Assembly: GCF_000025945.1 (NCBI RefSeq)
Contig: NC_006138.1
Coordinates: forward strand, 480,001 to 512,000
Direction of reading: 5' to 3'
Origin: Desulfotalea psychrophila LSv54
GTDB taxonomy: Bacteria > Desulfobacterota > Desulfobulbia > Desulfobulbales > Desulfocapsaceae
DNA: 32,000 nucleotides
Part shown: positions 9,016-18,149 of the stretch, one piece after another
Layout: the number at the start of each line of letters is the position of its first letter
Numbering within the stretch: position 1 is the first letter of the stretch
Translations under genes and position numbers: made by a program
The notes under the pieces: model-generated
What the model saw: only the letters and a program-made list of their open reading frames with translations
What the model was told of the DNA's origin: nothing
The model's database searches: none

Positions 9016-10461
9016 GTGAATAATAAAAAATATTTTCTGGTGGGAGTCCTGACTCTTTTACTCCTTCTGGGCTTCATTACAACCTGTTTTGTCAGTTACT
9101 ACGTGGCCCACAAATCCATCTCCGAGCAAATTGCCAAAACCACCCTGCCTCTGACCAGCGACAACATCTACTCAGAAATACAGAGGGACCTCCTTCGCCC
9201 TATTTTCATTTCATCACTGATGGCCAACGATACCTTCGTTCGCGACTGGGCCATGGAAGGGGAACAAAACGAGGAGGCTATCATTAAATATCTCAGCGAA
9301 ATCCAGAAGAGATACGGCACAGTTTCCTGTTTCTTTGTCTCTGAAAAGACAGGAAGATACTACCATCCAGAAGGAGTTATAAGGCAAATCAGCCCGACAG
9401 ACTCTCAGGATCAGTGGTATTACCGTCTGAAAAAAATAAAAGAGAGATATGAGGTAAATGTAGATGTTGACTCTGCGGACAAAAAATCCATGGTGATTTT
9501 CATTAATTACCAAATGTATGACTATAGCGGCAATTATATCGGGGCCACGGGCGTAGGCCTGGAGGTTAACTCCGTTATAGATCTGATAAATACATATCAA
9601 AATCGATATGGAAGAAGGGTATTTTTCGCAGACATGGAAGGAAATATCAGGCTACGGAGTAGTCAGGATGGCGGACCAAAAAATATTCGCCAGCTAGATG
9701 GGATTTCAGCACACACCACCAGAATACTCACCACACCCAGCAGCAGCATCTCCTATAAACGCCAGGGAAAAACCGTTTACCTCAATAGCCGTTTTGTCCC
9801 TGAGTTTAAATGGATTCTTCTGGTGGAGCAGGTAGAGGATCCACTGGAAACGCGGCTCTTTAATACCCTGATGATAAACCTTGGCATCAGTCTTATCATC
9901 ACCGGCATAATATTGTTTTTCGCCTACCTGACCATTGGCGGCTACCAGAGAAAGTTGGAAGAGATGGCCACAACCGATAGTTTAACGGGAATAGCAAATA
10001 GACAAATATTTGATATTCTCTTTAACCAAATGTCCAAGCACAGCAGGCGACAGGGATGGCCATTATCCGCCATTATGTTTGATCTGGATCACTTTAAAAA
10101 GATAAATGACAGCTACGGACATCCTGCAGGAGATCTCATCTTAAAAGCTGTTAGCCAAATAGCTCAAAATATACTCCGCGATTCAGATATCCTCTGTCGC
10201 TGGGGAGGAGAGGAGTTTTTAATCCTCCTGCCAAATTGCAATACAGCTCAGGCTCAAGGAGTAGCTGAAAAAATCCGCCAAGGTCTCGAAACTGCCTCAG
10301 AATTAATTTACAATCAGCAGCTCATCTCCATTACGGCAAGCTTTGGCCTTACAACTCTTCAGGATTATGACAGCAAAGACGAATTGATCAAACGAGCGGA
10401 TATTGCCCTCTATGCCGCCAAAGAAAATGGCCGAAACCGGGTTGAGGTGGCTCAGCTATAG
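9016..10461 (+). CDS. diguanylate cyclase with a periplasmic Cache-like sensor, two TM segments and a C-terminal GGDEF domain
   Basis: GTG start. N-terminal TM, extracytoplasmic region of about 260 aa, second TM. GGDEF domain with SLTGIANRQ, FDLDHFKKINDSYGH, RWGGEEF and ALYAAKENGRNRV. Confidence 0.85.
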   Translation: MNNKKYFLVGVLTLLLLLGFITTCFVSYYVAHKSISEQIAKTTLPLTSDNIYSEIQRDLLRPIFISSLMANDTFVRDWAMEGEQNEEAIIKYLSEIQKRYGTVSCFFVSEKTGRYYHPEGVIRQISPTDSQDQWYYRLKKIKERYEVNVDVDSADKKSMVIFINYQMYDYSGNYIGATGVGLEVNSVIDLINTYQNRYGRRVFFADMEGNIRLRSSQDGGPKNIRQLDGISAHTTRILTTPSSSISYKRQGKTVYLNSRFVPEFKWILLVEQVEDPLETRLFNTLMINLGISLIITGIILFFAYLTIGGYQRKLEEMATTDSLTGIANRQIFDILFNQMSKHSRRQGWPLSAIMFDLDHFKKINDSYGHPAGDLILKAVSQIAQNILRDSDILCRWGGEEFLILLPNCNTAQAQGVAEKIRQGLETASELIYNQQLISITASFGLTTLQDYDSKDELIKRADIALYAAKENGRNRVEVAQL

Positions 10462-10529
10462 ACTAACGCAACAGAGCCGGACAAGCTCAGTAAGTCAACC
10501 ACGAGGCGAAGCTCCAAATTTACCAACTC

Positions 10530-10561
10530 CTTCCCTCCCTTCTTTCGCAAGGGAGGGGAAG
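10530..10561. terminator. GC-rich hairpin between convergent genes
   Basis: CTTCCCTCCCTT-ctttcgc-AAGGGAGGGGAAG, a 12-bp stem with one bulged G. It lies between the GGDEF stop (10461) and the DUF364-like stop (10592). Confidence 0.5.
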
Positions 10562-10591
10562 AAGATATCACCAGCCGCCTTTACAGGAGGG

Positions 10592-11323
10592 CTAGTTACT
10601 TTCACAGCAAAAACGTTTCAAGCCCAAGTGATCAGCGGCGGCAGCCACGGTTGTACCAAAGAAAAGTGTTGGTTTATCCTTAAGGATAAAATCACCAATG
10701 GTATCGTTGACAATGGTGGAACCGGTAGCCACAATCAGTTCAGCATCTGCAACGGCAGCAGCACTACTGTCCGGCCCCTCAATGACAACACCACACTTCT
10801 GATTACCAATATTATCTGGATCAAGATCCACTATTCTCAGGGTAAATTTTTCGGCCAAGGCTTCAATCAACTTGGGTTGATAACCAATTTGAGTAATGCG
10901 TACCTGGCCATACTTCTCCATGATATAGTCGGCCATCTTAGGAGCACAGATACTCGGGCCCTTATCCCGACAGTGGATGGTTCGATCTGTCTTACCCAAA
11001 CTACGCTGAACCGCATTAAGACTGGCCACAAAGATCGCCCGACGAAAGTTATTATCCAATTTCATCTCAGCTATTTCACGAAGAGATGAACTAAAATCAC
11101 CAAAGGTATCTGTAAAGGCCTGGCCCCGCTCATTGCGAAATTGAGCTTCCATAAGTTTTTCTTTGCCCCGTTGCAGGGGAAAATCATCACCCTCCGGGTT
11201 GCCAATGGCCTCCTCCGTGCTCAGGGTACGGGCCGTTATAGCAATACTCTCACCGAGAATTCCCTCCTTCATCCATATTTCCCGGGCCTCTGCCTGCAAC
11301 TGATTCAAGATTGGTCTGTTCAT
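10592..11323 (-). CDS. hypothetical protein, probably the DUF364/DUF4213 (putative metal-chelation Rossmann-like) family
   Basis: 243-aa ORF starting 12 nt after the permease stop. The segment AELIVATGSTIVNDTIGDFI resembles the DUF364 Rossmann core as I recall it. The family assignment is tentative. Confidence 0.4.
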   Translation of the reverse strand: MNRPILNQLQAEAREIWMKEGILGESIAITARTLSTEEAIGNPEGDDFPLQRGKEKLMEAQFRNERGQAFTDTFGDFSSSLREIAEMKLDNNFRRAIFVASLNAVQRSLGKTDRTIHCRDKGPSICAPKMADYIMEKYGQVRITQIGYQPKLIEALAEKFTLRIVDLDPDNIGNQKCGVVIEGPDSSAAAVADAELIVATGSTIVNDTIGDFILKDKPTLFFGTTVAAAADHLGLKRFCCESN

Positions 11324-11335
11324 GAAAAATCCTTA

Positions 11336-12019
11336 TTATGTGTTAGATATTTTTTTCAGGGCAATAAACATAGCTACAGATGCAGACCCTATTATAAGAG
11401 AGAGCACCACAGCCCTCTCAAATTCTCCATTAAAAACAGCATTGTATATTTCTAAAGAGAGGGTATTTGTTCTGCCAATAACATTGCCACCAAGCATAAG
11501 GGTAATGCCAACTTCCCCCAAGGAACGGCCCATGGCCAAGAGCATCCCGGTCACAATACTGCCCTTAACATAGGGAATGAGTACTCGAATCAGTATGGTC
11601 GTTTCCGATTTGCCAAGCACTGCCGCAACTTCAGAGAGCCGAGTGGCCTCAGCCGAGGCCAGGGCAGTCTGTACCGGTTTTATGGCAAGGGGCAGGCCGG
11701 CAATAAAGGCAGCGATAACTAAACCGGGAAAGCTAAAAATAATCCTCTCCCCGAGGAGACTGGCAAATGGTCCCTGTCGGCCAAGTAAGAGAAGAAGGGC
11801 AAAGCCCGTTGCTATAGGTGGAAACACCAGCGGAAAGGTTACAGCGGTATCAACAACATTCTTCAACACCCCACGTGAACGCGCAAGCCAACAGGCCAGA
11901 GGCACACTTAAGAAGAGCTGCATAAAGCCAGAGACAAGCAGGACACGAGCCGAAAGGGCAAGCGGGTCCAGAGTCTCACTATCTGAGAGAATAGCAAAAA
12001 ATCCCATCCTACATTCCAT
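11336..12019 (-). CDS. ABC transporter permease, ModB/TupB-like (molybdate/tungstate class)
   Basis: 227-aa polytopic protein of the ModB/CysT-type permease class. It overlaps the binding-protein gene by 11 nt. Confidence 0.8.
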   Translation of the reverse strand: MECRMGFFAILSDSETLDPLALSARVLLVSGFMQLFLSVPLACWLARSRGVLKNVVDTAVTFPLVFPPIATGFALLLLLGRQGPFASLLGERIIFSFPGLVIAAFIAGLPLAIKPVQTALASAEATRLSEVAAVLGKSETTILIRVLIPYVKGSIVTGMLLAMGRSLGEVGITLMLGGNVIGRTNTLSLEIYNAVFNGEFERAVVLSLIIGSASVAMFIALKKISNT

Positions 12020-12731
12020 GTTCGGCTACTATCTTACGAGCCCCTTCCGTATCAAGAAAACTCAAAAAATCTGCACACGCCTCTATTTTGACAGAGCTTG
12101 CCATCTCGCCCACAACAATTTTAATAGGCAGGTAGGCCTTTTCATCAACGATGGTATAACCGCCTATGCTTTTTTCAATCTTACGGGCATGGGTAAGGTT
12201 GATAAATGCAAAATCAACTTCACCGGCGACAATATATGATCCTGCCTGAGGTACTGTGGAAACCACAAGAATATTTGGTTTTGCCCCATCGTAAACCCCC
12301 TTGTTTTTCAGATACTCTATGGCCGCCTTGCCATAAATAGCACGGGAGGTATCAGGAATAGCAATGCGGCTTACATCGCTTGCAAGTAAATCATTTGCCC
12401 CCGTGAAATGAGATCCCTTGGGATAAGCTACCACCAATTTTCCCCGTCCCACCAAGGTGGTGGTGGCAAAGCCAAGCTTGGCCCTTTTAAAAAAAGAGGC
12501 ATCACCCAAGACCAGATCTACAGCGCCGCTTACCCGAGCCTGAGCAATTACCCGAGCCATATTTCCATAGATAAGTTCTACCTTATTCCCTGTTTGAGCA
12601 TGATAGGCATCAACAAGGTCATCAACAACGGAACGATATCCCGCTCCAGAGGCAAGGACCACTGCTGCCTGGGAGGAGAGGGGGAGGGCCAACAAAAACA
12701 TTAACAACAAGGATAGGCTACGAACACGCAT
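12009..12731 (-). CDS. periplasmic oxyanion (molybdate/tungstate)-binding protein, ModA-like
   Basis: Signal peptide MRVRSLSLLLMFLLALPLSSQA. The size (about 240 aa) and the segments ASGAGY, AIYGKAA and VPQAGSY resemble ModA-family binding proteins. Confidence 0.7.
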   Translation of the reverse strand: MRVRSLSLLLMFLLALPLSSQAAVVLASGAGYRSVVDDLVDAYHAQTGNKVELIYGNMARVIAQARVSGAVDLVLGDASFFKRAKLGFATTTLVGRGKLVVAYPKGSHFTGANDLLASDVSRIAIPDTSRAIYGKAAIEYLKNKGVYDGAKPNILVVSTVPQAGSYIVAGEVDFAFINLTHARKIEKSIGGYTIVDEKAYLPIKIVVGEMASSVKIEACADFLSFLDTEGARKIVAEHGM

Positions 12732-12755
12732 GAAAAATTCTCCACTTATTCAATA

Positions 12756-13430
12756 TTATTGGGATAATTGGACCGCTCTAAGGTTTTTTTGCCTCTCCAG
12801 CCACTGCGGAGCAAGCCGTCCCTCCTCGACTACACAAATATCATCGGCAAGATAAAAGGCCTCTTCCAAATCGTGGGTAACATGGATTACCGGAATATTA
12901 AGGATCTCTTTTATTTTTTTAAGTTCGCCACGAAGATTGGTTCTGGTGGCCACATCTAAAGCAGAGAAAGGCTCATCGAGCAGAAGCAGGGCCGGTTTAC
13001 GGGCAAGGGCCTGACAGAAGGCAACCCGTTGCCGCTCCCCACCGGAAATCCCAGCAGGCCTGCGCTCAGCGATATGGTCAACACCAAATCGAACCAAGAG
13101 CTCCTGAACGCAATCTTTATCGACGGCGGCAAAGGCCACATTTTTTCTAACCGTGAGATGAGGGAAAAGGGTATATTCTTGGAAGACAAGACCAACACCT
13201 CGATCTTGAGGAGGTATACAGAGATTATTGCAGGTATCATTCCACAGCACTCCGTCAAGGGAAACGGTGCCATGATCAGGACGTTCAAGACCGGAAATAA
13301 TCCTTATCAAGGTACTTTTTCCAGCACCGGATGGACCAACAATGGCGGTAAGAGATCCCGCAGGACAGACCAGAGAGAGGTCCAGGGTAAAATTTGCCAG
13401 CTTCTTACGGATATCCAAACAGAGAGTCAT
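12756..13430 (-). CDS. ABC transporter ATP-binding protein with no TOBE domain
   Basis: Walker A GPSGAGKST, signature ISGGERQRV, Walker B LLLDEP. ATG at 13430; the track begins at TTG 13436. Confidence 0.85.
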   Translation of the reverse strand: MTLCLDIRKKLANFTLDLSLVCPAGSLTAIVGPSGAGKSTLIRIISGLERPDHGTVSLDGVLWNDTCNNLCIPPQDRGVGLVFQEYTLFPHLTVRKNVAFAAVDKDCVQELLVRFGVDHIAERRPAGISGGERQRVAFCQALARKPALLLLDEPFSALDVATRTNLRGELKKIKEILNIPVIHVTHDLEEAFYLADDICVVEEGRLAPQWLERQKNLRAVQLSQ

Positions 13431-14269
13431 AAACAATTACCAATTCCCAAAAAATGCCATCAACAATAGAAGTAGTAAGAAATACAACTTAAATAACATT
13501 TTGCAAGATATAATAAAAACAACTGGGCCACAAAGTACCACTCTGTGGCATCAATTTAATTATGGCAAGTTAACTCTTTTATTCGTTACGGAAAAACTTC
13601 TTATTTACAGCTATTAGATGAGAAAACAAGAGATTAGACTAAAGCCTTAACCAAACAATAACAAATTCGCCAATAAAAACATCACCGCAAGTCTTAGCCA
13701 GAGATCAGCTAAAAGGAAATTGTCGAACGACCATTTAGGACAGGAGCCAATTATCTCTCTATAAAATGTACGGGAGAGGGAGACAGAAACAAACAGCCAT
13801 TTACTGGCTGGGCACAAAAGAAGAAGCCCCCTGACAATCGCCACAAAGATCATTCTCAAGGCAGGGCCACGCTCGTTACGCTACCTCAAACCGACGGCCA
13901 AGACCATCTTGGTCGTCAACTACCCTGGAGGATCTCCACAGAAAAAGCTCTCACAGCCAGTACCAGCTGCAAGTGCTCATTATAAAAAACTGACAAAAAA
14001 GCTCATCTCTTACGGGTGGCAAAGATACCCCCCGGTTCATGGAGATTCTCAAGCAGAAATACAATGAGACAGGGCAACACTACTGATAAAATGCATGCAC
14101 CCAGCAATAGACGACAGGTCGTAAGAGCCAAGTAGCCCTAGCGCTCACAGCTCTTATAATAAAAAAATGTGGGATTCCAGTGTGTTTTGCCGACCCAGAA
14201 AGGGACGACAAAAAAGCAGACAAAGGAGAGTAGCCAACCATAATTGGCTATTGAGCAAACAACTGCCAA

Positions 14270-14296
14270 GAATCGCAGTAGAAAGAACTGCGATTC
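14270..14296 (-). terminator. hairpin terminator of the MCP gene
   Basis: GAATCGCAG-N9-CTGCGATTC, a perfect 9-bp stem, 20 nt after the TAG stop at 14317-14319. On the minus strand it is followed by TTGGCAGTTGTTTG. Confidence 0.5.
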
Positions 14297-14316
14297 TCGG
14301 GGGTGGGGAGCAGTCG

Positions 14317-16308
14317 CTAAGCCACCTTAAACCTGCTGACTAGCCTGGCCAACCCCTCGGCAAGCATTGACAGCTCTATGGCATTCTCTTTAACATTCCG
14401 ACTTCCCTGATTGATCTCTTCTGAATCTGATCTAATTATAGTAATTTCCGCTGTCACCTCGCGACTGGCAGTGGAGCTCTCAGCGACATTTCCACTTACC
14501 TCGACAATACCAGATGAGGCCTGAACAATATTTTCTGCAATTTCAGAACTTACCGCAGATTGTTCTTCAACAGCTGTGGCAATAGAGTATATGACCTCAT
14601 TCACCTCTGTTATCACCTCAGTGATTGTCTCGATGCCTGTAATCGAACCCGTTGTTGTCTTCTGCATCTCCTCTATCTGATGCCTGATATCAACGGTTGC
14701 CTCGGCCGTCTGCTTGGCAAGATCCTTTATCTCATTAGCCACAACCGCAAAACCCTTACCCGCATCACCGGCTCGCGCTGCCTCAATGGTGGCATTAAGG
14801 GCAAGCAGGTTAGTCTGCTCAGATATCTCAGTAATTGTCTCAGTAACCCTACCTATCTTGTTGGCCGCAGCCCCAAGCGCACCCATATTCGACGAGGTGT
14901 CAATGGATTGCTGCACTGCCTGTTCAGATATGTTTTTAGCCTTAGCGGCATTCTGAGCGATCTCGTTCACCGTTGCTGTCATCTCTTCCGTGGCCGTAGC
15001 AACCATACCAACATTACCAGCCGACTGTTCCATTGCTGCCGAGACTGAGCTCATATTCACACTCATCTGTTCAGCTGCAGAGGCAACATTTATGGCACGA
15101 CTAGAGGTGTTCTCGGCATTACCAGAGAGTTGCGCTGAAACGGCAGAAAGCTCGGTTGAGGCGGAGGCAAGAGCTGATATATCTTCGACTATCTCCTTAA
15201 TCATTGTCCCAAGCCCAGCCACCATTCTGTTCAGGGCATGAGCCATCCTGCCAATTTCATCCTCTTGAGCAATATCAAGATGAGAGGAGAAATCTCCACT
15301 GGCAAGAACATCCACATAATCCATCATCTTCCCAACAGGCCCCGTAATAGACCTGGTAATAAGCAGGGCTGCGACAAGGCCTATAAGAAGTGCTATTGCA
15401 GAGGTCAGCAATGCTATCATAATAGTCTGCTTACTCTTTGCCTGAACGGCAAGGCCAAGCTGATCCTGTTCCGCCTTGAGGGATAGTTTTAACTCTCTAA
15501 TAATAAGCGACATCTTCGGGCCCATCTTTGCGAGAGTCCCTGAGATTATCCTGTTACACGTGTGTGTATCGGCAACCACTTTTTTAAAACCAGAAAGATA
15601 CTCCTCTGCATCCCTGCTCATATCTGCATTCATTTTTTTTAGGATTGGATCCTGCAGTAGCCTCTGCAAACGTTCTGCCCCTGACAAAAGAGCAGAAATT
15701 TCATCCAAAACAAGCTCTTCATCCAAGTTACTGCTGGTCTTTAAAAATTTAGTAACATAGAGTCTTCCCAAGAGCATATGGCGAAGAAGGACAGCTGCCT
15801 CATAGCCTGTCGCAGCATCACCCTTATCTTTAGCAGAAACCATTAAAGCTGAAAGTTGTTTTTCCATACTTGCACCCTGCACGGCAAGCTCATTCTTAAC
15901 AAGACTGTCACGCTTTTGAGTCAGACTAACAAGCTGGGAAAATGCCTGGTCGTAACGAGCAAAATCAGCCTCATACCTCTCCACGAGTTTGCCCCGTTCA
16001 GGGCTAACCATTCGCTCACGGGCCTCTCTAAGAAATGAACCCATTTCTTCTTTATATTTTAGATAAATGGCAACATCTTTCTCACTTGATGTCGTAATAA
16101 ATCCCTTGACCCCCATACGCATCGTCAGCATATTTGCCTGCAGGCGACCAACGAGATTGGTCTCGTCCGCCATGACCCTATAGGTCACGAAATTATCCGC
16201 CAAAGACCCCAACCCCTGCCAGGCAACGGAGGAGACCAGTAGCAAAAGAACAAGAACGGCCCCAAAGCCTGTGCCAATCTTAGTCGCTAAATTCATTTTA
16301 TTAAACAT
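14317..16308 (-). CDS. methyl-accepting chemotaxis protein with a large helical periplasmic domain, HAMP and MCP signalling domain
   Basis: N-terminal TM, ligand-binding region of about 270 aa, second TM, HAMP. The signalling hairpin is conserved ([35 protein letters not shown]). RBS GGAGTGAG precedes the ATG at 16308. Confidence 0.9.
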   Translation of the reverse strand: MFNKMNLATKIGTGFGAVLVLLLLVSSVAWQGLGSLADNFVTYRVMADETNLVGRLQANMLTMRMGVKGFITTSSEKDVAIYLKYKEEMGSFLREARERMVSPERGKLVERYEADFARYDQAFSQLVSLTQKRDSLVKNELAVQGASMEKQLSALMVSAKDKGDAATGYEAAVLLRHMLLGRLYVTKFLKTSSNLDEELVLDEISALLSGAERLQRLLQDPILKKMNADMSRDAEEYLSGFKKVVADTHTCNRIISGTLAKMGPKMSLIIRELKLSLKAEQDQLGLAVQAKSKQTIMIALLTSAIALLIGLVAALLITRSITGPVGKMMDYVDVLASGDFSSHLDIAQEDEIGRMAHALNRMVAGLGTMIKEIVEDISALASASTELSAVSAQLSGNAENTSSRAINVASAAEQMSVNMSSVSAAMEQSAGNVGMVATATEEMTATVNEIAQNAAKAKNISEQAVQQSIDTSSNMGALGAAANKIGRVTETITEISEQTNLLALNATIEAARAGDAGKGFAVVANEIKDLAKQTAEATVDIRHQIEEMQKTTTGSITGIETITEVITEVNEVIYSIATAVEEQSAVSSEIAENIVQASSGIVEVSGNVAESSTASREVTAEITIIRSDSEEINQGSRNVKENAIELSMLAEGLARLVSRFKVA

Positions 16309-16380
16309 TACTCACTCCACTCGTGTTTTCTACATAGCATACCAAACCTCTTAGGACACCCTAAGAATAGACTACCGATA

Positions 16381-16398
16381 TTGCACTAAGCGTACCAA
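16381..16398 (-). promoter_or_regulatory. sigma-54 (-24/-12) promoter candidate for the MCP gene
   Basis: Minus strand reads TTGGTACGCTTAGTGCAA, i.e. TGGTACG-N4-GTGCA. GG and GC have the exact consensus spacing of TGGCACG-N4-TTGCA. The predicted start is about 60 nt upstream of the ATG. Confidence 0.55.
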
Positions 16399-16482
16399 TT
16401 GACATACCAGCCTACAAAAACCTGAAAAATAACAATAAAACAATGATATAGACAGGAGTAAACTTGCCATTGGCCCTTAACT

Positions 16483-16507
16483 ATCTCAGCTGTTGACCAG
16501 CTGAGAT
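16483..16507. promoter_or_regulatory. perfect 10-bp-arm palindrome, candidate enhancer (UAS) for a sigma-54 activator
   Basis: ATCTCAGCTG-ttgac-CAGCTGAGAT. It sits about 100-130 bp upstream of the predicted MCP sigma-54 start site. Confidence 0.35.
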
Positions 16508-16947
16508 GGCTAAGGGGAAAAATGAAGGCAAAAAGACCTCCCTAAAAACCAATAACAGCAGGAAAACCCTTCTCATTGCTCAACAACCAGTCAATAAAAC
16601 GCCTAATAAACAGAGAAAACAGAAGATCCTTTTGAAGGTGGCAAAAAAGCCTCCTTGCATCGCCTCCCCCTTGCCAAAATAAATTCTGAACCAATATCAA
16701 ATTATTACAGCCTGTATTTTCGATGAATTAATGAACATTCTACCTTGACCATAATGGCCAAATAACGTTATTTTACCGCAAAATTTCTGAGGCTATTAAT
16801 ATGCAAGAGACATGAGAAGGACCAGCCACTATTTGCATTAAAGATTCCACCACAGCCTGATAGTGCACTGAAACTAGCCAGACCATAGACCAGCCCCCAA
16901 GGTAGGTAACTGCTTCTCTGCACCTTTATGTCAATTACAGTGGTAAT

Positions 16948-16956
16948 TGCTATAAT
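16948..16956 (+). promoter_or_regulatory. possible extended -10 sigma-70 promoter for the kinase/regulator operon
   Basis: TGCTATAAT lies 78 nt upstream of the ATG at 17034. The -35 region is weak. Confidence 0.2.
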
Positions 16957-17033
16957 GGGTCTAAGGCCTTTACCCCAAAATGCTTGGCCTCACCGCTTAA
17001 CCCCATAATTATGCTTTATAATGTGATAGAATT

Positions 17034-18149
17034 ATGAAAGAAAAAATAGCTGCCCACGACGCTGGGGAGAAGATGTTACTGGAACACAAATATCTGCAAT
17101 CACTTCGTCTCATAACAAGGGGAGTAAGCCACGAATACAACAATATATTCACCGGATTATCTGGGCAATTTCAATTACTCAATAAAGAGATCAAAACAGA
17201 TGACAATCATCACAGAGCCCTGATATCGGAACTTTTAGAACGTGGTTGCCAAAAGACCTCTCTCCTCCATGATTTTTCCAGATATAGTTCAGAGAAAAAA
17301 GAGCTGCACTCAGTGATTCAAGCGGCGGAGATGGCCATTGAATTCCTGGACACAATCTCCAACTCGCACCATTTTACCCTGGAAAGAGGAGAAAACCTCC
17401 CGCGACTGCAGTGCTCCATGAAAGAAATTACCATGGCAATATTTTATCTGGGAGAAAATGCTATTGAGGCAATGCCAGGTGGGGGAACTATTCGAATAGT
17501 AATCAGCACCGACACTGTCCAGACGGGTTTTCTCTCCATCGCTGTCATTGACCGCGGCCGAGGCATAGCCCCTGATATTGAGCATGACCTGTTTAAACCA
17601 TTTATCAGTAGCAAAAATTCTTCAGCAGAAGTCTGCGGTCTTGGATTGTACGCAACCCACTCTATCATGCAACAACACCAGGGCACTGTCTCTATTTCAC
17701 AAGATAAAGACACCGTTGCCACCATCAGCCTGCCATACGAACAAGGGCAAGAGAAACAGGCACCGATGCCCACTCCCCCCCTTATGCAAAGAGACAATCA
17801 GGCAAAGCAGATATTTTTTATTATTGAGGATGACAATGCCCTGCGTGACTTTATCTCCACAGGCCTGCAACGACACGGCCATATAGTCTTCTCAGCTGCA
17901 AGCTGTGCCGAGGCCGTGGAGGAGTTTAAATTTGTCCACGAGATGATCACCGTCATCCTGCTTGATATCGGTTTAAACGACTGTGATGGTTTCAGCTGTC
18001 TTGAAAAAATAGTGCAAATAGATATGCCGAAGCAGATAGTATTCATGTCAGGCGGAGAGATCACAGAGAAGATGAAATATGGTGCCAGGTTCCTGCAGAA
18101 GCCATTCACCATAAAACAGATTGAGGAACTTATATCGCATGCCGAATAA
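17034..18149 (+). CDS. hybrid histidine kinase with no recognisable sensor domain (HisKA + HATPase_c + C-terminal receiver)
   Basis: H-box GVSHEYNNIFTGL lies about 33 aa from the N-terminus. G-boxes DRGRGI and GLGLY. The receiver has IIEDD, ILLDIGL, FMSGG and QKPF. Confidence 0.8.
   Translation: MKEKIAAHDAGEKMLLEHKYLQSLRLITRGVSHEYNNIFTGLSGQFQLLNKEIKTDDNHHRALISELLERGCQKTSLLHDFSRYSSEKKELHSVIQAAEMAIEFLDTISNSHHFTLERGENLPRLQCSMKEITMAIFYLGENAIEAMPGGGTIRIVISTDTVQTGFLSIAVIDRGRGIAPDIEHDLFKPFISSKNSSAEVCGLGLYATHSIMQQHQGTVSISQDKDTVATISLPYEQGQEKQAPMPTPPLMQRDNQAKQIFFIIEDDNALRDFISTGLQRHGHIVFSAASCAEAVEEFKFVHEMITVILLDIGLNDCDGFSCLEKIVQIDMPKQIVFMSGGEITEKMKYGARFLQKPFTIKQIEELISHAE

Noticed and set aside
13647-13859. 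70-aa hydrophobic ORF on the minus strand in the long gap upstream of the second ABC operon
   Set aside because: It has a TTG start, the internal ATG has no RBS, and there is no recognisable family. I could not support it as a gene and treat it only as part of the unexplained gap.
13437-14269. Moco/Tuco riboswitch upstream of the Mo/W transporter operon, and likewise upstream of modA at 4200-4583
   Set aside because: I could not find the conserved core elements I remember for this motif (CCGAGCC-type 5' strand, AAAGG junction, 3' RBS-sequestering pairing) on either strand. A covariance-model search would be needed to exclude it formally.
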